DNA of 64,000 nt, from the NCBI GenBank assembly GCA_028278065.1, contig JANQFA010000193.1, forward strand, positions 2,940 to 66,939, read 5' to 3'. Source of the DNA: Myxococcota bacterium (lineage in GTDB: Bacteria; Myxococcota_A; UBA9160; JAFDET01). The notes under the pieces were generated by a model. The model worked only from the letters and a program-made list of their open reading frames with translations. It was not told where the DNA came from and ran no database searches. The position numbers and the translations under genes are program-made. Numbering within the stretch: the first letter of the stretch is position 1; the number at the start of each line of letters is the position of its first letter. Of this stretch, positions 21,493 to 31,740 are shown piece by piece.

Positions 21493-23118
21493 ATGTCGGA
21501 GCTGAGCCGCGCGCTCGAGCGCCATTGGCGGACCCGGGAGGTCTTCCGCTGGGAGGTCCCGGCAGCCTTCAACTTTGCCCGGGACGTGGTGGACGGCTTC
21601 GCCTCCGGGCGCCCCGCCCTGCTCTGGCGCGACGCCGATGGCGACGAGCGGCGCCTCGACTTCGGAGCCGTCCAGGAGGGCACGCGCCGGGTGGCCGGGC
21701 TGTGGCGCGCTCTCGGCGTGGGTCCGGGCGACCCGGTCATCGTCATGCTTCCCAAGGTCCCGGAGTGGCACCTGGTGATGGTCGGCAGCCTGCGCGCCGG
21801 GGCCCTGGTGATCCCCTGCTCGACGATCCTGCGACCCAAGGACCTCATCTTCCGGGCCGAGCACAGCGGGGCGGTCGCCATCGTGAGCGGAGCGGACGAG
21901 ACCGCGATGGTCGACTCGGTGCGCGATCAGCTGCCGGGCGTTCGCCACTTCCTCACCCTGTCGGCCGATGCGACGCCCGACGGCTGGACCCGCCTCGCGG
22001 CGGCCCTGGCCGACGCCTCGCCCGACGACGGACGGATCACCGCGGCCTCCGATCCGGCACTCGTCTACTACACCTCCGGAACCACGGGCCCGCCCAAGGC
22101 CGTGCTCCACTCCCACGCCTATACCTTCGCCCAGCGCTACACGGGCGAGTTCTGGCTGGGCGTACGCGACGGCGACCGGGTCTGGACCACCAGTGACACC
22201 GGGTGGGCCAAGGCCGCCTACAGCGTTCTCTTCGGCCCCTGGAGCGCGGGCGCGGAGGTCTTCCTGTACGGCGGACGCTTCGATCCGAGGCGCGAGCTGG
22301 ACCTCCTCGAGGAGGTGCGCCCCGACGTCTTCTGCGCGCCGCCCACCGAGTTCCGCCTGCTCGTGAAGGAGGATCTCTCGCAGCGCAGCCTTGCGAGACT
22401 GCGCGAGTGCGTCTCGGCGGGAGAGCCTCTGAACCCCGAAGTGATCCGCGCCTGGCGGGACGCCACCGGGCTCACCATCCGCGACGGCTACGGCCAGACC
22501 GAGACGATCCTCCTGGTGGGGAACTTCCCGGGCATGCCGATCCGGCCGGGCTCGATGGGGCTTCCCATGCCGGGCCACGAGGTGGAGGTCATCGACGAGA
22601 GCGGCGCACCGAGTCCGCCGGGTGAGGTCGGGGACGTGGCGGTGCGCGACGGAATCCCCGCGCTCTTCCTCGAGTACTGGAAGGACCCGGACGCTACGGC
22701 GCGCTGCCGGCGCGGTTCCTGGTACGTCACCGGCGACCGCGCCCACCGAGACGAGGAGGGCTTCTTCTGGTTCGTCGGCCGCGCCGACGACGTGATCATC
22801 TCGGCGGGCTACCGGATCGGGCCCTTCGAGGTGGAGAGCGCGCTGATCGAGCACCCGGACGTGGTGGAGGCCGCGGTCGTGGCCGCGCCCGACGAGACCC
22901 GCGGCGCCGTCGTCCAGGCCTACGTGGTGCTGCGGCCCGGTGTGGAGGGCGGCCCGGATCTCTGCCGCGCCCTGCAGGCCCACGTCAAGGAGGTCACCGC
23001 CCCCTACAAGTACCCCCGGCGCATCGAGTTCGTCGCCGAGCTACCCAAGACCGTGAGCGGCAAGATCCGCCGCGTCGAGCTGCGAGCCCAGGCGGAGGCG
23101 GAGACCGGACCGGAGTAG
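21493..23118 (+). CDS. Medium-chain acyl-CoA synthetase (AMP-forming)
   Basis: YYTSGTTGPPK, SAGEPLNPE, GYGQTET, GRADDVIISAGYRIGPFEVES, LPKTVSGKIRR; GGAGG RBS. Confidence 0.92.
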   Translation: MSELSRALERHWRTREVFRWEVPAAFNFARDVVDGFASGRPALLWRDADGDERRLDFGAVQEGTRRVAGLWRALGVGPGDPVIVMLPKVPEWHLVMVGSLRAGALVIPCSTILRPKDLIFRAEHSGAVAIVSGADETAMVDSVRDQLPGVRHFLTLSADATPDGWTRLAAALADASPDDGRITAASDPALVYYTSGTTGPPKAVLHSHAYTFAQRYTGEFWLGVRDGDRVWTTSDTGWAKAAYSVLFGPWSAGAEVFLYGGRFDPRRELDLLEEVRPDVFCAPPTEFRLLVKEDLSQRSLARLRECVSAGEPLNPEVIRAWRDATGLTIRDGYGQTETILLVGNFPGMPIRPGSMGLPMPGHEVEVIDESGAPSPPGEVGDVAVRDGIPALFLEYWKDPDATARCRRGSWYVTGDRAHRDEEGFFWFVGRADDVIISAGYRIGPFEVESALIEHPDVVEAAVVAAPDETRGAVVQAYVVLRPGVEGGPDLCRALQAHVKEVTAPYKYPRRIEFVAELPKTVSGKIRRVELRAQAEAETGPE

Positions 23119-23286
23119 AGCCCCATCGCTCGCGGGGCCGGGGCATCCAGCTCCCGCGAGACGGTCTCTTGGTGGGGAGGGGTGCGATCCGCGCACTCTC
23201 TCCGACCGAATCGGCGATGGCAACCGCCTCCGACGTCCAGCCGGGCCAACCGAGCCGCAGCTTCCTGGCAGGATCTCGTTTCAGGG

Positions 23287-23314
23287 TTGACAGAACAAAA
23301 CACCGCGGCATTCT
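23287..23314 (+). promoter_or_regulatory. Candidate sigma70-type promoter for the Y1 transposase
   Basis: Perfect TTGACA at 23287-23292, 16-bp spacer, weak -10 CATTCT; ATG 8 nt further on. Confidence 0.4.
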
Positions 23315-23322
23315 ACGCAAGG

Positions 23323-23991
23323 ATGAGTCGGCTACAGAAGCAGGAGAACCTCCCCTTCCCCAGCAGCTGGGGAGGACGGCGCGAGGGCGCCGGAAGGCCC
23401 AGGTCGTCCGCCTTCCTGCCGCACGAGAGCCGCGACCCCTTCGCCTCCCGACATCCGGTGCTGGTGACGCTGAAGGTCCGGCCCGACGTGCCGTCGCTGC
23501 GAAGCGTGAAGGTCGTGCGCGAGGTAGAGCGCTCCTTCCGCCAGGCGTGCGATCAGCGGCGCTTCCGGGTCGTGCACTACTCCCTCCAGTCCAACCACGT
23601 CCATCTTCTCGTGGAGGCCGGCGGGGCGCGAGACCTCGGTCGCGGAATGAAGAGCATCGGGGCGCGGCTGGCGCGCGCGGTCAACCGGGTGTGTTCGCGG
23701 AAGGGGCCGGTGCTACTGGATCGCTTCCACCACCGCGTGCTGAAGACCCCTAGGGAAGTCCGCAACGCACTGGCCTACGTGCTGCTCAACGCGCGGCGGC
23801 ACGCGGGACGGCTGGCGAGGACGATGGGGACGGTGGATCCGGCCTCCTCCGGACGCTGGTTCGACGGGTGGAAGCGGAGGATCGCCTCGGTCCGCGAGCC
23901 TGCCGGGGTGGCGGAGCCTCACACATGGCTGCTGCGCCGGGGCTGGCGGAGACACGGCCTGATTGCGCTGGACGAGGTGCCAGGCGGGTAG
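23323..23991 (+). mobile_element. HUH/Y1 tyrosine transposase (IS200-like, RAYT-type), solitary
   Basis: HUH motif SNHVHLLVEA, catalytic Tyr in ALAYVLLNARRH, VLLDRFHHRVL; no tnpB adjacent. Confidence 0.8.
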
Positions 23992-24276
23992 AGCCACGCT
24001 GCTAGACTACGCCTGATCCGGCATTGAGATCACGGGATTCAGGGCAGCCGGGGGCTGGTCTCAGGCCGCGAGCTTTCTCTCGATGGCTCGGATCTGGCGT
24101 TGCGAGTCGGGCGCGGCCGCGATGCGGAGCTGGATTCGGCCCGCCGGCCGGGCGATCGCCATGCGCCACGACCCGGAATCGGTGTCGAGGCTGGCCCTTT
24201 CGGAGTAGAGTGGTGGTTGGCACCGCACGCGCCGCCTGGCGCGGCGGTTGCGTCGCGAGCAGCGGCCCGTGGCCTG

Positions 24277-25794
24277 CTAGTGCCCGGTGTCCGCCTTGGC
24301 GACCTTGGGCTTGGGGAGGACCTTCGTCCACTCGGCGCCGCCATCGGTGCTGCGCATGACCAGGCCGCGCTGGCCCACGATCATGCCGGTGCGGCCGCTC
24401 GGCTCGAAGTCGACGTCGCGCATGAAGGTGAAGATCTCCGGGACCTTCACGTCCTCGAGCCCGGTCCAGGTGCGGCCGCCGTCGGCCGACTGCCGCGCGT
24501 TGCCCTTCTCGCCCAGCGCCAGCGCGGGTCGAGTGCCGGGCGCGACCGCGTAGAGGGCCTGCTTGGTTCCCGAGTCCCCGTAGCGCCAGGTCTTGCCCCC
24601 GTCATCGGAGACCAGGACCACGCCGCCCAGTCCGGTGATGATCCCGTTGTCGTCGTCCTTGAAGCGCACGCGGAAGAGATACGGGTTCTGGGCGATGTCG
24701 ATGGTCACCTGGGACTCGTCGGCCCGGCGACCGTCGAGGTAGCGCTGCAGGAAGGTGGGGTCGTCCTCGAGGAAGTCCTCGTAGTCCCAGGGCGGCGTTC
24801 CGCGCAGGCGCAGGCGGTCGGACAGGATCCCGGTCTCCTCGACGATCGCGCGGACGCCCACCGAGCGCGAGTCCAGGATGTCGAAGAGCGCCGACGGGTC
24901 ACCGTCCTCGACGAAGGCGCGCAGCTCGCGCGGCGACGCGTACGCCTCGATCAGGATGTTCAGGTGCTCCTGGGTGAGGATCGCCTCGACGAACTTCTTG
25001 AGCCGCTCCGCGTCCTCGTCCGAGATGTCCGAGTCGTCGAAGCCGAAGGTGATCGGCTCGAACTTCTCGGTGCCGACGATCTCGGCGGGCGTCCAGTTCT
25101 TGCCGTGGTCGTCGGACCAGAAGATGTAGCCGAACTCGCCCACGATCCAGCAGCGCGTGCTCGGCGCCGGCCGGCAGTAGATGTCGTTCAGCGAGACGTC
25201 CTCGAAGACCATCTCGCCGGCGCGCACCCGCTCCTGCTCGGGCGGCGAGAGCCACACATACTGGGGGTGCGTGGTGTCGATGGTGAGCGAGTAGTCCTGC
25301 CAGGACGCCCCGCCATCCTCCGTCTTGATGCGCGAGCCCCAGACCCCGATGGCCCAGGCGGTGTTGGCGTCGAGGGCCTGGACCGAGAAGAGGTGGAAGC
25401 CCGAGTCGCTCTTGGGGTTGTCCTGGGGAGCCCAGGTCCGGCCGCCGTCCCGGGTCCGCACGATCTTGCCGAGCTGTCCGACGATCCAGCCCCGCTCTTC
25501 GTCGGCCATGCTGACGTCGTAGAGGAGCGGGCGCTGTGCGGGAGCGCGGCCGTCCCAGGCGATCTCGCGCTCGCTCCAGCTGTCGCCTCCGTCGTCACTG
25601 GCGTAGATGGCGCTGCGGTAGCCGACCGCGACCGCCGTCTTCTCGCTGGGCACGGACACCGCGAAGAGATGGTCGTACAGGTCGATCTCGGCCGGGTCGG
25701 CGTGGGATTCGAAGTGGACGTCGTGACAGGCGACCGATCCGATCCCGAGGGCAAGGACGAACGCGGTCAGCCGGGCGCAGCTTCGGGGGGTCAT
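24277..25794 (-). CDS. YCF48-like BNR-repeat beta-propeller lipoprotein with internal OmpA-like insert
   Basis: Lipobox SVAC; repeated S/T-x-DGG-x-(T/S)W motifs; directly downstream of DUF1329. Confidence 0.8.
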   Translation of the reverse strand: MTPRSCARLTAFVLALGIGSVACHDVHFESHADPAEIDLYDHLFAVSVPSEKTAVAVGYRSAIYASDDGGDSWSEREIAWDGRAPAQRPLLYDVSMADEERGWIVGQLGKIVRTRDGGRTWAPQDNPKSDSGFHLFSVQALDANTAWAIGVWGSRIKTEDGGASWQDYSLTIDTTHPQYVWLSPPEQERVRAGEMVFEDVSLNDIYCRPAPSTRCWIVGEFGYIFWSDDHGKNWTPAEIVGTEKFEPITFGFDDSDISDEDAERLKKFVEAILTQEHLNILIEAYASPRELRAFVEDGDPSALFDILDSRSVGVRAIVEETGILSDRLRLRGTPPWDYEDFLEDDPTFLQRYLDGRRADESQVTIDIAQNPYLFRVRFKDDDNGIITGLGGVVLVSDDGGKTWRYGDSGTKQALYAVAPGTRPALALGEKGNARQSADGGRTWTGLEDVKVPEIFTFMRDVDFEPSGRTGMIVGQRGLVMRSTDGGAEWTKVLPKPKVAKADTGH

Positions 25795-25879
25795 CGAACA
25801 CTCCCTGTGAGGGTCGGGACACGGTGGGGCCATGAGGCGCATGCGCCCCCGGCCCCACCGGCAGGATCATGGCACCGGA

Positions 25880-27190
25880 CTAGCGGCCGCGGGTGAGCCG
25901 TCCGATGTCGATGTAGCGCCGCACCTTGCCCGTGCTCTTGAGCGGCGTTCCGTTGCTGTCCCAGAACTCGATGCGGTTGCCCGTACCGGTCTGCACGTTG
26001 ACGATCATGTCGGAGACCACGCGCAGGTCGCGCGGCGTTTCGACGCCCTTCCATCCCTTGTACCAGTCGGGATCCGACTCGCTCCAGCGCTTGTTGTGCC
26101 AGAGGATCTTCCAGAGCTCCTCCTTCTGGTCGTAGGCGAAGGAGTAGAGCGGCACGAGGGTCTGCTTGTCGAGGTAGATGTCCTTGTGGTGGTACGGGTG
26201 ATCGTCGTTCTTGGGCTTCATCCGCACCTTCACAGCGTTGCGCACCTCCCACAGGTCGTCCGCATACGACAGGCCGTACGGCCCGAAGTTGTGCTCCTTG
26301 TTGTAGGGATAGGCGCGCACCTTGGAGTTGGTCGGCGCGATCATCTCCATCTCGCCGAGGCACTCCCAGCTGTACTGGGGAACGATGCCCGCGAAGCTGC
26401 GCAGGTCGTCGAGGGTGAAGTCGGTGCCCGAGACGGCGTCGGTGCGCTGGGCGGCCGAGATGCGACGGACACGGCGCATGGTGGGCAGGTAGACCCAGGT
26501 GTCGTCGTTCTTCGCGTCCGCACGCGCATTGTCCGATGCCTTGTAGCGGTAGGTCATCAGGTTGATGCCGCGCGCGTCGAACGGAGCGGTCACCTCGATG
26601 CCGAACGCGCTCTTGCGGCGCTCCTTGCGGAAGAGGTCGCCCTGCTGCTTGTCGAGGAGGTCCTTCTCCACCCGGTGGGCGAGCTGGACGGTTCGCGAAG
26701 TGCCCTCGTAGTAGAGGGGCAGCTGCTCACCGCGGTCCCAGTAGGAGTAGAAGAAGTGGGCGAAGGCCCCATCCCCCGACCAGGCGTAGTCGAAGTTCCA
26801 CATGATCTTCGTCCCGGCCTGGGGATCACCCTTGCAGTCGATCTCTTCCATGGGGAAGGGCTGGCCGGCGGTGTAGTTCTCGAGGCTGTCATCGGGACCG
26901 ATGCGCGCCTGCCCCTTGTACGCCTCGGTGGCGTCCTGGTACTCCTTCGCCGGGGTGTAGTCGGCGTGGAAGGGACCGATCTCGAGGCGCATGCCCTCGT
27001 AGAAGAAGAAGTCGCGGTTCGCCCAGAACTCGGGCGGCAGGTACTTCTTCAGGGAGTCCAGCTTGTCGAAGGTGATGGTGTCGCCTTCCTTGAAGGCCGG
27101 ACCGGTGACTCCCGCGTCTTCCTGCGCCGACGCCGGCGCAGCGAGGGCCAGCGCGATGGCGGGGATCAGCAGGCGGTGGATTCGGATCAT
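25880..27190 (-). CDS. DUF1329 domain protein (secreted)
   Basis: Signal peptide; AGQPFP, WVYLPTMRRVRRISAAQRTD, YDQKEELWK. Confidence 0.8.
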   Translation of the reverse strand: MIRIHRLLIPAIALALAAPASAQEDAGVTGPAFKEGDTITFDKLDSLKKYLPPEFWANRDFFFYEGMRLEIGPFHADYTPAKEYQDATEAYKGQARIGPDDSLENYTAGQPFPMEEIDCKGDPQAGTKIMWNFDYAWSGDGAFAHFFYSYWDRGEQLPLYYEGTSRTVQLAHRVEKDLLDKQQGDLFRKERRKSAFGIEVTAPFDARGINLMTYRYKASDNARADAKNDDTWVYLPTMRRVRRISAAQRTDAVSGTDFTLDDLRSFAGIVPQYSWECLGEMEMIAPTNSKVRAYPYNKEHNFGPYGLSYADDLWEVRNAVKVRMKPKNDDHPYHHKDIYLDKQTLVPLYSFAYDQKEELWKILWHNKRWSESDPDWYKGWKGVETPRDLRVVSDMIVNVQTGTGNRIEFWDSNGTPLKSTGKVRRYIDIGRLTRGR

Positions 27191-27291
27191 CGACGACTCC
27201 TTTGCGCAACGGGGTTCCCCAGCAGGCGCTTCGGGCGCGCGATCCCCCTGGGAAACCTGGGGGCTGCCTAGCTTAGCTGCGTGAGGCCGAA

Positions 27292-27357
27292 GAGGCGAGC
27301 AAGAACGCCCGGCCGCCTCCCCGGGAGGCGAGCAGGAACGCCCCGCCGCCTCCCCGG
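27292..27357. repeat. Two-copy 33-bp direct repeat with internal palindrome in the divergent intergenic region
   Basis: gaggcgagca(a/g)gaacgccc(g/c)gccgcctccccgg x2; each unit has gaggcg...cgcctc arms. Confidence 0.85.
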
Positions 27358-27438
27358 ATATGACGCAGCAGGACCTCGATCCGATTCAGGGCGCTCGATT
27401 TGTGCCCGGCGCGGACCGGCCGTACGGTGCGAGGGCCC

Positions 27439-28836
27439 ATGGATCCCGCCCTCGATTCCACTCCGCCCCGCCCGCTTCCGGCGGCCGGCGGTGCAGCGCG
27501 CCGATGGCCGTCGGCCCGGGCGCTGGGGCTGGTCCAGGGCGCGATCCTGCTCCGCGAGGGCCTGGTGTGGGCGTGGGTCGCAGGCTGGGGACGCCTCGGC
27601 GACCTCTTCGCGACGAGATCCCGGCGCTCCGAGCGACGCGAGGCGCGCCGGGCGCGTCATCTGCAGCGGCTGGCCGTCGCCCTCGGGCGCCTGAAGGGCG
27701 CCTTTGCCAAGGCCGGGCAGTTCGCCGCACTCCGCTACGACGCCCTGCCGCCGCCGGTCCGGGGCGCCCTGGCCGAGCTCCAGGATCGGGTCCCCCCACT
27801 GCCCTTCGAGGCGATCCGGGCGGTGGTGGAGGAGGAGCTCGGTGAGCCGATCGAGGGGCGCTTCGCCCGCTTCGATCCCGAGCCGCTCGGGGCCGCCTCG
27901 ATCGCCCAGGTGCATCGCGCGTGGCTCCCGGATGGGCGCGAGGTGGCCGTGAAGGTGCAGTACCCCTGGCTGGCCGAATCGCTCCCGGCCGACCTGGCCA
28001 TCGCCCGACGCCTGGTCCGGCTCTGGACCCGCGGCCGGCGCGGGCCCGTCGACTCGAGCGAGCTCTTCGACGAGTTCGCCCGCGGCCTCTCCGAGGAGCT
28101 CGACTTCGTCCGCGAGGCCGACGTGGCCGAGGAGATCGCCGCCAACCTGGCCGGAGAGACCGGGATCGTGGTGCCCCGCGTCCACCGCGAGCACTCGGCG
28201 CGGCGCGTCCTCACCCTCGACTACCACCGCGGCGCGCGCGTGACCGACCGTGCGGCCCTGGCTCGCGCGGGGGTGGACCCGGCGGACGTGCTGCGTCTCC
28301 TCGCCCGCGCCTACGCCCAGCAGGTCTTCGGCGACGGGCTCTTCCACGCCGACCCCCATCCCGGCAACCTGTTCGTCGCCGACGAGCCGGCGCCCGGCGG
28401 TGGACCCCGGGTGGTCTTCGTGGACTTCGGCCTGGCGCGACGCCTCGATCCGGAGCTCCGCGCCGCGATGCGGCGCGGCGTCTACGCGCTCCTGCAGCGG
28501 AGCCCCGAGACGTTCGTATCCGAGATGGGAGCCGCCGGGATGATCGAGGCCGGGCGTGAGGAGGACGTGCAGCGCTCGGTGGAGGCGATGTTCGCGCGCA
28601 TCGCCAGCGCCGGAGCGGCGCCGCTGGGCCTGTCGGGAGGCCAGGTCCTCGACCTCAAGGACGAGGCCAAGGCGCTCCTCGAGGAGACGCCGGGGCTGCG
28701 CCTCCCCAACGACCTCCTCCTCTGGGCGAAGACCCTCTCCTACCTGCTGGCGCTGGGCCAGGAACTCGCCCCGGAGGTAGATGTGGTGCGCCTGGTGGTG
28801 CCGCACCTGCTCCGGTTCCTGGCGGAGCGTGACTGA
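27439..28836 (+). CDS. ABC1/AarF/UbiB family atypical kinase
   Basis: [48 protein letters not shown]; start uncertain. Confidence 0.9.
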   Translation: MDPALDSTPPRPLPAAGGAARRWPSARALGLVQGAILLREGLVWAWVAGWGRLGDLFATRSRRSERREARRARHLQRLAVALGRLKGAFAKAGQFAALRYDALPPPVRGALAELQDRVPPLPFEAIRAVVEEELGEPIEGRFARFDPEPLGAASIAQVHRAWLPDGREVAVKVQYPWLAESLPADLAIARRLVRLWTRGRRGPVDSSELFDEFARGLSEELDFVREADVAEEIAANLAGETGIVVPRVHREHSARRVLTLDYHRGARVTDRAALARAGVDPADVLRLLARAYAQQVFGDGLFHADPHPGNLFVADEPAPGGGPRVVFVDFGLARRLDPELRAAMRRGVYALLQRSPETFVSEMGAAGMIEAGREEDVQRSVEAMFARIASAGAAPLGLSGGQVLDLKDEAKALLEETPGLRLPNDLLLWAKTLSYLLALGQELAPEVDVVRLVVPHLLRFLAERD

Positions 28837-28863
28837 GCGCTTCGGCGGGCGGCGCTTCCGAGC

Positions 28864-28939
28864 GTCGCGGCTAGCGGCGCCCGGGGGTCGCGGCTAGCGG
28901 CGGCCGGGGGTCGCGGCTAGCGGCGGCCGGGGGTCGCGG

Positions 28940-28952
<13 letters not shown>
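28864..28952. repeat. 23-bp tandem repeat (~4 copies) containing the argG stop codon
   Basis: gtcgcggctagcggcggccgggg units starting at 28864, 28887, 28910 and 28933. Confidence 0.9.
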
Positions 28953-30139
<1,187 letters not shown>

Positions 30140-30217
30140 CGTCCGCACCTCCTCGTGGCGCGGGAAGGTAGCGTCTCGTCAGGCCTGGGGGAGACGAGCC
30201 GCGCCGGCAGCGCTGCG

Positions 30218-31162
30218 TCAGGCCAGGGGCAGACGAACCGCGGTCGTGACCCCCGCGACCGGATCGGCGACCCGGGCGACCGAGCCGCCGAGGGGCTCGG
30301 TCACCGCCGAGAGCGACGCGGGCGCGCACTCGTCCTCGGGCGCGAAGCTCCTCGCGTCGTCCGGGGGCACCTCGGTGAACGAGAAGAGCACCCCCGCCTT
30401 GAGCGCCTTCGCCGTCCAGGTGAAGCGGCTGCCCTCGGGCGCCGCCTCGAGCCGCTCGCGGGCGAAGCGCACGAAGGCATCCACCAGACGGCCCGGCTCG
30501 CCCTTCACCGCGGGCAGAGCCGCGGGCAGCAGGAGCTCGAGCTGGTGCCCCGCGACGCGCGCGGTGCGGGCGGCGGCGTCGCCCACCTCGTGGGCGCCCG
30601 CCAGCGCATCCGCCACCGCCTGGGCGGGACGCTCGGAACGCTGCGCCACCGCGTCGCGCAGCTCGTCGCTCCACTTGCGCAGGCGCTCGGACGCACGGAG
30701 TCCCGTCTCCACCTGCGCGCGAAAGCGCTCCGCCCGGCGCCCGCCGGTCTGCTCCAGCATGCTGTCGAGGGCCGAGGCGAGCTCGGCGAGGGGCTCCTGG
30801 ATCTCGCGGTGGTAGGAGAGCACGCGCTCCCCGGCCGGCTCCTCGAAGAACAGGAAGATGATCCCGACGTTGGCACCTTCGGCTGCGATCGGCGCCGCCG
30901 AGGCGGCGTACGCATGGTCGCCCTCGCGCAGCCGGAAGCGCACCGTGCGCCCCTCGCGACAGACCCGGTCCGTGGCGGCCAGCACCACCTCGCGGGCGCC
31001 GCCGGCGAAGATCTCGGCGAGCGGGCGTCCACGCGTCTCGCCCTCGCAGGTGTCGAAGGCCTCGCCGAACGCCGGATTGACGTACACCGCCTTGCCGTCC
31101 GGATCGGCGACGGCGACCGGAGCCGGCAGGAAGGGGAGGAGCGAGCTTCCGGGCGAGGTCAT
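30218..31162 (-). CDS. PAS-domain protein with degenerate HisKA/HATPase fold (pseudo-histidine kinase)
   Basis: PAS: PVAVADPDGKAVYVNPAF...GRPLAEIF; HREIQEPL; LPAVKGEPGRL...LGGSV...GVTTAVRLP, lacking N/G1/G2 boxes. Confidence 0.65.
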   Translation of the reverse strand: MTSPGSSLLPFLPAPVAVADPDGKAVYVNPAFGEAFDTCEGETRGRPLAEIFAGGAREVVLAATDRVCREGRTVRFRLREGDHAYAASAAPIAAEGANVGIIFLFFEEPAGERVLSYHREIQEPLAELASALDSMLEQTGGRRAERFRAQVETGLRASERLRKWSDELRDAVAQRSERPAQAVADALAGAHEVGDAAARTARVAGHQLELLLPAALPAVKGEPGRLVDAFVRFARERLEAAPEGSRFTWTAKALKAGVLFSFTEVPPDDARSFAPEDECAPASLSAVTEPLGGSVARVADPVAGVTTAVRLPLA

Positions 31163-31731
31163 TCAGCGGCCACGACGCCCGCCTCGAGGAGACCGGACAG
31201 GGTGCGAAGGGTGTCGAAGGGGTCGAGTCCCGACAGGGAGATCAGGTCGTTCACCGTGGTATGGCCGTCCACGAGGGAGAGCAGGAAGCCGGTCGTGGCC
31301 GGCAGGTTGAAGCCCATCAGCTGGCGGTCGTTCAGCCGCACTGCGGGCACCGCCTCGAGGCCGCCGACCCGCTCCCGGTAGCGGGTGAGGAGCTTGCTGC
31401 GCACCATCTCGAGGTAGGTCTCCACCTCGATCTGCTCGCCGTCGCGGCGCGCCAGGGTCTCGAACAGCTCGAGCGCGGCCTCGAGATGCCCTTCGCGCAT
31501 GAGGCGCATGGCGTCCTCCGCCAGGTCCGGCCGGCGCTCGCGCGCCGGCGCCTCCGGCGCGCCGCCGTCCTCCTCGAGTGCCTCGAGGTAGTCGCGAGCC
31601 TCGGCGTTCTCGGGGTCGAGGAAGAGCGCCTCGCCCCAGCAACGCCCCGCCTCCGCCGCGCGGCCCTCGCCGTAGTGGTCGAGGCCCGCCTGGAGGAGGC
31701 GTGCGACCTGTTCCTGCCGGGATTCCGCCAT
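31159..31731 (-). CDS. TPR-like plus C-terminal wHTH-like hypothetical protein
   Basis: AGRCWGEALFLDPENAEARDYL (TPR-like); C-terminal GFLLSLVDGHTTVNDL...LLEAGVV. Confidence 0.7.
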   Translation of the reverse strand: MAESRQEQVARLLQAGLDHYGEGRAAEAGRCWGEALFLDPENAEARDYLEALEEDGGAPEAPARERRPDLAEDAMRLMREGHLEAALELFETLARRDGEQIEVETYLEMVRSKLLTRYRERVGGLEAVPAVRLNDRQLMGFNLPATTGFLLSLVDGHTTVNDLISLSGLDPFDTLRTLSGLLEAGVVAAE

Positions 31732-31740
31732 CGCCCCCGC

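Noticed and set aside
23992-24276. Possible tRNA, tmRNA or SRP RNA in the gap after the transposase
   Set aside because: No T-loop/CCA, SRP tetraloop motif or tmRNA ends were recognised by eye.
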